A stretch of DNA of 64,000 bases from Heterodontus francisci (Eukaryota), in the NCBI RefSeq assembly GCF_036365525.1, contig NC_090395.1:65683326-65747325 (forward strand), given 5' to 3'. Positions within the stretch are counted from its first letter, which is position 1. Each line of letters opens with the position of its first letter. Shown piece by piece: positions 52,187 to 61,359 of the stretch. The notes under the pieces were generated by a model. It worked only from the letters and a program-made list of their open reading frames with translations. It did not search any database and was not told the DNA's origin. The translations under genes were made by a program, and so were the position numbers.

Positions 52187-53722
52187 TATGATTCCAACAG
52201 TAAGGCAGATAGTTGTGTTCTCACCTGGCGACTTGCACATCATAAGTGAACAGGAGTGGATGGTGAATGCAGGGACTGCAGTGGGGAGTCTGCATTGGGG
52301 GCCATAGGACACTGAAGGCTTTGTTCAGCTGGATGCAGATGCTGCACCCAAGGGGCCGTTGATGAACAGGATGTTCCTGGGGCAGCAGCAAAGAATGTGT
52401 GGTGTACAGGCAGGCTTTCAAGTTGCACTGTGCATGCTCACAGAGAGATTGGAGGAGTCCATCTCAAGTGTGAGTGGCATTATGTCACAAGCCTTTGCAA
52501 TGATATCTTCATCCAATGAAAGAGTAGCCTCCTGCATGGAGCAACAAATGTGGCAATCACACGAATAGGATAAATCACCCCCTCGCATTGACCATTCATC
52601 CTCCCACTGATCTCCAGCAAGGTGTTCTCCAGTGGGTGAGCCATGGGAGGGGTAATGGTGAAAGGAGACATGGATGTGGGGACTTGGTTCAAAGTGTTTT
52701 AACTTCTCACCTGTTGCCCTTCATCCCACATCATTCAGTACCCCACCTGTTGCCTCATGTCTGATGGACAAGTCTGGCCCTGCATAGGTGCAGGCAGAAC
52801 AGATTTTGCCAGGGCCCTCATAGACTCCAAAACCCAGAGGACACCAGCTAAGAGCATCTCAGCAGTCAGAGCAGGGATCTTAGCGGCCCACCCCTACCTC
52901 TGCTGACACCACAGGGGTTGCATCATGTAGAAGTGCACAGAAAAGGAAGAATAACAATTTTTAGTTGCACAAGTGTATGCACATGGCTGTTTGTGAACAT
53001 TTTTATATTGTTAAGTGAGCCCCCTGCTACACTGGTGTTCCGATGTGTTATGGAAACGTATCCTATGCCTGTACACCCTGTGTTGCAGGGACAACCTCCT
53101 GTGAGCTAAGGTCCAAGATAAAACAGGATAAGCGGCACTCGCACTGATCTGATAGATAACATGGGCAAAGTGCAGAGCAGACGTCAAAACCTCCACAGTT
53201 GTGAAAATAACATCTCAGCACAAATACTGTGAACAAACCCTCTCACACAATCAGACAAGAAATCAGCTGTCAGGTTTCTGTACTTATTGGTGTTTCCTAG
53301 TCCTGTGTTCAGCCTCCTCAATTCCCAATGTCTTCTCACCTTGCTTTCACTGGCAAGTTCCAGGAAGCCTGGGAGACCCGTGCACCCACAGTTAATTTCC
53401 AAAGTTCATGTAACATTACACAAAATGATCCATTAACATCCTGAAATTGACAACAGCATCTCTGAAGGAGTTTGCTCACACACAGACTGACACGCTCCAT
53501 TGTTAGTCCAATAATATTTTAAATTCTTGGTCAGAAAGTTGGACAGGCCATGAATTGGGTGTGCGTAACACGAGTCGGATTTCCCGACCTCTGCCCGTTA
53601 CCTGTCAGACTCTGCACTGCTGCAGAGCCTTGGGATATCGGAGCTGTCATGTTTCTCCCAGATAAAACCTATTGATCAGATATTTCAGTGGAGAGTAATA
53701 AGAAAATCACTGGCAGATGTAC

Positions 53723-54037
53723 CGTAAGATATTTGTAGATGTACAGGATATAATTGATCAGCGTCACGTTTATCAATGCCACAGCTGTACCATCCTGTAT
53801 CCTCAGTGTGAAGATACTTCATTGTAACAACAAATTTTCCTTGTGTCTTGTTATCTGTGATTGATATTCTTCCTCGCTGTCCACCTGACTCATCTGTTTT
53901 CACTGAATATGAACAGTGGTGAGTCCAGCCATGACACTAATATTTCATGTTTGTCTGGTAATATCTGTGGTCGTGACAATCTATTGTGATCGCTCTTCTC
54001 ACAATTCCAGTTACTTTCCTTTGTGCCAACAATGCAC
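53723..54037 (-). pseudogene. Copy B V1 exon with nonsense codon at the conserved Trp (KY*C)
   Basis: 315 nt, phase 1-1; TAG at 53939-53937 where copy A has TGG. Confidence 0.88.
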
Positions 54038-56907
54038 CTGTAATGGAGGAGACAACATTTCAGAAATTGAACAGGAAATAACTGCTTATTACAAACAGAT
54101 ACATTAGCATAAGAGTTACCACTGTGTACAGAGCAATCTCTCCACTGTATCTACTAATGTGTTGAATTCCTTCTAATTTGGGAGAAAAAACCTTAATATT
54201 GTGCTCTATCACAGCTTCAGAATGTGCCAAAACACTTCTCAGCCAATAATTTACTTTTGAAGTACAGTCACTATTGCGATTGTGTTCACTGGGGCGCAGT
54301 GTCAGCACTCTCTCCTCTGGGTTAGTAGATTGTATGTTCGAGTCCCACTCCAGAGACCCAAGCTTAAAATCTACAATGACATTCCAGTGTAGTACTGAGG
54401 GACATGCTGTCTTTTAGATGAGATGTTACACAGAGACCCTATCTGCCCCTCAGGTGCAAATGTTGGCACAGCCCTTTTTCAAAGCAGAGCAATGGAGTTT
54501 TCCTTGGTGCTATGGTCAGTATTTGTCCCTCAACCAACAATCACAAAAAAAAGCTGATTTGTTCATTATTATGTTTCTTTTTGTGGGTTCTTACTGTGCA
54601 CAAATTGGCCGCCACTTTTTCAATGTTACAACAGTTACAATACCTTAAATGAGTAATTGGCTGTAAAGCACTTTGAGATGTTTTGTGGTCTTAAATGGCG
54701 GTAAATAAATACACGACCTTCTTTCTAACAGCAACAACTTAAATTTGAGTTGCTTCTCAATTCATTCAGCAACATGGGAAATGCCAAATTAATTTCCATC
54801 CCCTCAACTTTGTTGGGTGCAACTGGTACAGCAGCAGGATTTGGAGAAGGAAGGTTAACATGTTTCATGCAGCCAAGAACGTAGAAAGGAAGAGGATTGC
54901 GGTTCAGCAAGGAAAGATTCAGGAACTTGGAGATAGGTCAATGAGTAGAACCTTGAGGGTAGTAAAGACAGGATTATTCCCAGTGCACATGGCCATCCAT
55001 ATAAGAATAGTAAGATAATATAAGTAATTGTCTGGCTGGAGAGATGCTTCAAACGAAAATGGTTCATATTCTTGTCACATTGGTGCCAGTTCTGGAAGAG
55101 GAGCAGTCTGTAGAGGACGGGAGGATTTTACTTGAACATTTATTAGACCAATGGCCTTGCTTGGAGAGGAACGCGTGTTGTGGGGAAAGAGTTTACACTA
55201 AAATGACAGGAGGAGGGATTAAAAACAAGATGAAGAGCCAGAGAGAAAAGCAGAAATGACAAAGGTTATAGGAAAGATTAAAGAGGGTCAGTGGAGAGAT
55301 AAAAGAGATCAGATAGGAGAAGGAAGTATTGAAAAGAGGAAGATAGCCAAACAGACAGAGGCACCCATCAGTCAAATGTACACAATACATAAAGTATTCT
55401 GTGTAAAATGAGTAAGCTAGAGGCACAAATATTTGTGGGGAGATTTGATGTAATAGAATGAACAGAGTTGTGGTTTAGAGTAGGCTGTACTGGGAGCTTA
55501 ACATTGCTGGTTACAAAATAGATTCATAATACCCCTTTGGTAGCAAAAATAAAAAATAGAATATTTTTCAAAAAGTGAGAGATTGGGAAATGTTTGCATT
55601 CAGAGGGACCTGGATATCCTTGTAAATCAAACACAAAACGTCAACACGCAGGTACAGCCAACAATTAGGAAGGCAAATGATATGATAACTTTTGTTACAA
55701 CAGGATTGGTGTGTAAGACTAAATAAGTCTTTCTAGAATTATACAGAGGATTGTGAGGCCTGGAGTACTGTGAACAGTTTTGGTCTTCTTACCTACAGAA
55801 GGACATACTTCCTCTAGAAGGAGTGCAATGATGGTTCACTAGACTTGTTCCTGGGATGAAGAGATTGACCTACGAGGAGCGATTGAATGGACTAGGCCGA
55901 TATTCCCTGGTGTTTAGAACAATGAGTGGTGATCAAATTGGAACATATAAAATTCTTAAGGGGCTTGACAGGGTAGATGACAGGGTAGATGCTGAGAAAA
56001 TGTTTCTCCTGGCTGGGAATCTAGAACACATTGTTTCTCAGAATAAGGGATTGGATATTTAGGACTGAAGTGAGGAGAAATTTCTTCACTCAAAGGGTTA
56101 TGAAACTTTGGAATTCTCTACCCCAGGGAGCTGTAGATGCTCAGTCGTTGAATATATTCAAAACAGAGGTTGATAGATTTTTGGGTACTAAAGGAATTAA
56201 GGGATATGGAGGATAGTTCGAGAAGGTGAAGTTCAGGTAGGAAATCAACCATGATCTTGTTGAACAGCAGAGCAGGTTCAAAGGGCCGAATAGCTGACTC
56301 CTGAACCTATTTTTACCATCTTATGTAAAAGGAGTGTTGGAAGTATTAATCACAATTTCCATTACAGCATAATATTATTAGGTTAATATGGGGTGGGAGT
56401 AAAAAGCTAAATCTATTGATTAAAGTTAGAGTGAGAAGAAAATGTTACTGATTGGAAGAGCGATATAGATCAATTGTCTGTCAGTGAGGAACAGTGTCAC
56501 TGACAGAGCCTCATAAAACAATATTGCATCAGCTGTACTTTAAATGACAGAAGCAATCACAAACTCAAGACATGTTCTGTTTGAAGGATTATTACTTCAG
56601 ATTATTTAATCTTTACAGATTAAAACAGGTTACATTTACATTTTAATTAAACTAGCCGTATAGCTTTTTTAAAAGTTAAATGAACCCTTTATTTTCCATT
56701 CACAACTAATAATGCAGTTTAGTATATGTTGGTAACTATTTCTGTGATTCAATAGTATGGTCAAAATGAGATACAAGACTTTACACAAATATTATTCATT
56801 TATTTTTACTAAGTATTTTGTGCCTTTACACGTCTCCAAGTAGAAACTCTACACTAGACTGAAACTAACACTGATTATCTGAAGATCTAGCTCTGGCTGT
56901 TACTCAC

Positions 56908-56944
56908 CGGGTAGGGAACAAATGAGAAGAATCAGAATCCACAA
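56908..56944 (-). pseudogene. Copy B leader exon, start codon TTG (LWILILLICSLP)
   Basis: Aligns to 20376-20412; TTG at 56944-56942; donor G|GTGAG. Confidence 0.8.
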
Positions 56945-57350
56945 TGTTTTATTCACAAAGATCAGATCAGCATTTGTCGCAGTCACCCAGTTCTTCATTC
57001 TCATATTGAAATATGTATCTAGTATAAATGATGCGAGGAATTTAAATGAGGAAGAAGATAGTAGCAAGCCAGGTCCCACACAATTCCACCCTTTATGTAC
57101 CTCCAGAGTAGAGGTCACAGTTGACCATTACTGACACTGGCTGTTCCAGCTTTATGCTGTTTATTAACTGCAGATGTTCTTGCAGCAGACGGCACAGCTC
57201 TGCATTTGTCTCTTTGATGACTTGAAGACAATTGCTGCCAGGAGCGTGCTGCGATGTCTGCAGATATGGTTGTTGACTTCTTGGGAGGTGTTAGCAAGCA
57301 GGCTGTGCTTGTTACTGAATCACCCTGGCATGTTTTATTTACTGTATTTC

Positions 57351-57387
57351 AGTTCCGAAGAAGGGTCACTGACCCGAAACGTTAACT
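57351..57387 (+). ncRNA. Minimal hammerhead-ribozyme-like motif within a Penelope-like terminus
   Basis: AGTT-CCGAAGA-A-GGGTCA-C-TGACCC-GAAAC-GTT-AACT: stem I AGTT/AACT, stem II GGGTCA/TGACCC; core CUGA>CCGA. Confidence 0.5.
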
Positions 57388-60129
57388 CTACTTCTCTTTC
57401 CACAGATGCTGCCAGACCTGCTGAGTGGTTCCAGCATTTCTTGTTTTTATTTCAGATTTCCAGCATCTGCAGTATTTTGCTTTTATTTTATTTCCTGTAC
57501 TATTGCTGAAAACATATTAGCCCAGAATTAGCTGGAAATATAATGGCGTGTGAATGACACATGCTTTTATTAGTGTGAAAATCAGCCAGCGACTTGTTCT
57601 GATTTAGAGATACCTCATGAATTACAACACACTACATGTTACTGGTTGATCTGTACTGCCATTGTCGTCAGCTTCGTGCAAATGGCAACTCACCCTTAAC
57701 CTCCCCATGACCCTGATGAAGGTGTTGCATTTGCCCAGTAATTACCCCTTAAACCCGCCACAGAACGTTGAGTCTAGTAATTAATAGGATAAGTAACCTT
57801 TTAACAATGTGATAATTGGTAATGACTGACAATCAACCTCAGTGGCCCAGAATGTGAACAATTAAAAGTGTTTCACTCCTTCAGGTATTGAATTATTGAC
57901 CCAAATTTTCCCTGGACAGTAATGACGAGGCAAGCAACTCTCACTGTTATTATGGAGTAAAGGAGACAGCAACTTCCAGAGCGCACACACGTGCAGCTAA
58001 ATGCGGAAGCTGTGGTCCTAATTACGCCGCTCCTCCACATGCTGCACTCTGTTGATACCTTGTAGATAGACTCGGAAGTGAAATTAATGTAAGGCCATGA
58101 TGTAGTGACACTTACTTACACATTGCACGTGCAGCTCTGGCTCAGTTGGTATCACTCTCACTCTGGAGCCTCAAGGATTTGGGTTCCAGTCAGTCTAGGA
58201 CTTGAGCACAACAATTAATACTGTCACTTGAGGGAGGGTTGCAGTGGCTGCCTTTTGGATGAGATGTTAAACTGAGACCCTGTCTGCCCTCTCAACTGGA
58301 GCTAAAAGACCCTGTGGTGTTACTGTGAAAGAGAGTGGGGGTGTTACCTCTGGCATAGAAACAGAAAGTGCTGGAAATACACAGCAGGTCCGGCAGCATC
58401 TGTGGAGAGAGAAAGAGAGTTAACGTTTCAGGTCAGTGACCTTTCATTCGAACTTCTTTGGCTCAGTATCAATTTTCATCTGATTATATTCCCGTGAAGC
58501 ACCTTGGTATGTAATGCTATGTTAAAGGTGTTATATCAATGTAAGGAATTGCTGTTGTTGTCGATCCCACTTGCGAGCCAACATTAATCAATTAAAATGC
58601 TTCTCAAACTGCTGCTGTTGTCAATAAGAGGTCCAGCCCTTTAAGTTTTGTTGAAAGTGAAGTATTTATCCATCTGTACCAGATTACCTTCAGAGGCCTA
58701 AATTTTCCTGCTGGTTTCAATGGTTGGGAATTTTTTGTTGTGCCTAGAATACTATGAGTGAATGTTCCATCCGAAATGAACACAAAAGATCTGGACTCTG
58801 AAAATTATGCGTTTTCAAACTTGTTGCAGCTTGCAGTGGTCATGGTGGTTTGAAACTGCCAAAAGAAATGTGTTGATAGTCTCAGGGTTGATGTGCAACA
58901 GAAACCGGTGAATGGACAATGACAGTAGATGCTAGTTACTGCATGAAGGGCTGTTTGTAGCTGGGAGAAGAAGAACTGCACTTTTACAGGGCCTTTTTTG
59001 AGAAGCATCATGTATACAGAGCAACCAAGGCTGCTCGGACCTGCGCACCATTCCCATTCCCATTCTGAATCAACAAAGGTCCTCACTCAGCAAATAATGC
59101 AGATTCTGTGTTAGTGCTTCATGTGGTTGGAACACTCAGGAGGTGAATTGTCACACTGCCCATCAAAGGGTGGAAATATAATCACTGTTTGCTGTATTCT
59201 GCAGAGCACTGCAATAGATTGAAACTTTGCAAATTGATTTAAATTGAGCCACAAGAGAAATCTGAGTAACAAGATGAACTATTAGCATCAACAGGTGGCC
59301 AGCCCTTGAATCCAAGGAAACGGCAGCCATTTATCAGGCATAAAATGGAGGGAAAACAAACCAACTCGAAGGCCCGTGTCCTGCACCCGAATCACTCCTG
59401 ATGTAGAATCATTGAATCTTACAACGCACTTCTGGCATTTTGAAAGAGCAGTTGTGTTTAGTTCCATATCCTCACCTTTTGTCTGTAAGCCTGCAAGTTT
59501 CCTGTCTTTTTAAAAATCTTCAACAATGCCCAGGATTTTACAGTCAGTGGTGAAGAAACATCACTCATTGTTCACTACACTGGCAGCTGTCCACAGAGTT
59601 TTCATGGGTTTTTGAGCAGCGACATCCTGTCATTGGGTATCTGATCCAATGTGTCACCCTCCGCAGAGGATCTGGGACCTGTATGAGCTGGACAAGAAGC
59701 TGGGAGTTAACCAGTCAGATTGAAGAATCCTCACTGAGACACGCAGAATCTAAACCAGGAAGTCTAAACCAGGAATTATAAGTTAGATTTGAATCATGTA
59801 TAGAAAGCATAATAACGATTGGGGAAGAAAGTTCGGGGAGAGATAAAAGATACAGAAAGTAAACCTAAAAAAAAATTATTTCAGATTAGATTTTTTAAGA
59901 AAACTTCAACACTAATTAAATTATGAAGGAATGATACCCCACATTAATAAAATTTAATTTTCAGGGCCAGAGAGGTTATCAGCAGTCATTATAACTATTC
60001 ATGCCAGTAAAAATTCACTTAACACTTGAATGCACCATCGCTAATTTTTTCTGCTGTGAGCATTGCGTAACTAGTGGGTAGGTACCATAACTTTATGTTC
60101 TTATGTTGATTTCAGTGTTGAATCTATCA

Positions 60130-61359
60130 ACATATGAACATATGAATTGGGAGCAGGAGTAGGCTACTCGACCCCTCGAGCCTTTTCCATCATTCAATAA
60201 GTTCATGGCTGAACTGATTTCTCCACATTACCACCTACCCCTGATAACCTTCCACCCCCTTGCTTATCAAGAATCTATCTATCTCTGCCTTAAACTTATT
60301 CAAAGACTCTGCTTCCACTGCCTTTTGAGGAAGAAAGTTCCAAATACTCACGACCCTCTGAGAGAAAAAATTTCTCCTCATCTCTGTCTTAAATGGGCAA
60401 CCCCTTATTTTTAAACAGTGACCCCTGGTTCTAGATTCTCCCACATGGGGAAACATCCTTTCCACATCCACCCTGTCAAGACCCCTCAGGATCTTATATG
60501 TTTCAATCAAGCCGTCTCTTACTCTTCCAAATTCCAGTGGATACAAACCTAGCCTCTCCAATCTTTCCTCGTAAGATAGCCCGCCCCTTCTAGGTATTAG
60601 TCTAGTAAACCTTCTTTGAACTGCTTCCAAAGCTGTTACATCCTTCCTTAAATAAGGAGACCAATGCTATACACAGTACTCATGATGTGGTCTCACCAAT
60701 GTCCTGTATAGCTGAAGCATAACCTCCCTACTTTTGTATTCAATTCCCCCCGCTTTCCTAATTATGTGCTTTACCTACATACTAACCTTTTGCAATTCAT
60801 GCACTAGGACACCCAGATCCCTCTGCATCTTAGAGCTCTGCAATCCCTCACCATTTAGATAATATCCTTCTTTGTTATTCTTCCTGCCAAAATGGACAAC
60901 TTCGCATTTTCCCACATTATACTCCATCTGCCAGATTTTAGCCTTCTCACTTAACCTATCTATATCCCTTTCTAGTCTCCTTATGTCCTCTTCACAACTT
61001 ACTTTCCAACCTATTTTTGTGTCATCAGCAAATTTAGCAAGCATACCGTCAGTCCCTTCATCTAAGTCATTTATATAAATTGTAAAAAGTTGAGGCCCCA
61101 GGACAGATCCCTGTGGCACACCACTCGTTACATCTTGCCAACCAGAAAATGACCCATTTAGGTCTAGTCTCTGTTTCCTGTTAGCTAGCCAATCGTCTAT
61201 CCATGCCAATATGTTACCCCCTACACCATGAGTTTAGTTTTGCGATAACCTTTGTTGTGGCACCTTATCAAATGCCTTCTGGAAATCTAAGTACAGTACA
61301 TCCACCGGTTCCCCTTCATCCACTGCACATGTGACTCCCTCAAAGAACTCCAATAAATT
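60130..61359 (-). mobile_element. CR1 LINE RT and 3' end, cut off at its 5' side by the tRNA-headed LINE
   Basis: GVPQGSVLGPQLFTIYINDLD, KFADDTK, RRNFFSQRVVSIWN. Confidence 0.88.

Larger units (their letters stand above)
38695..56944 (-). pseudogene. Copy B of the Ig receptor gene (L-V1-C2-V2-C2-stalk-TM), probable pseudogene
   Basis: Seven exons with compatible phases; ATG>TTG, TAG in V1, two 1-bp deletions plus TGA in the second C2. Confidence 0.82.
42715..58230 (+). repeat. Segmental duplication unit B
   Basis: Same collinear series as unit A; length differences are explained by copy-specific TE insertions. Confidence 0.92.
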
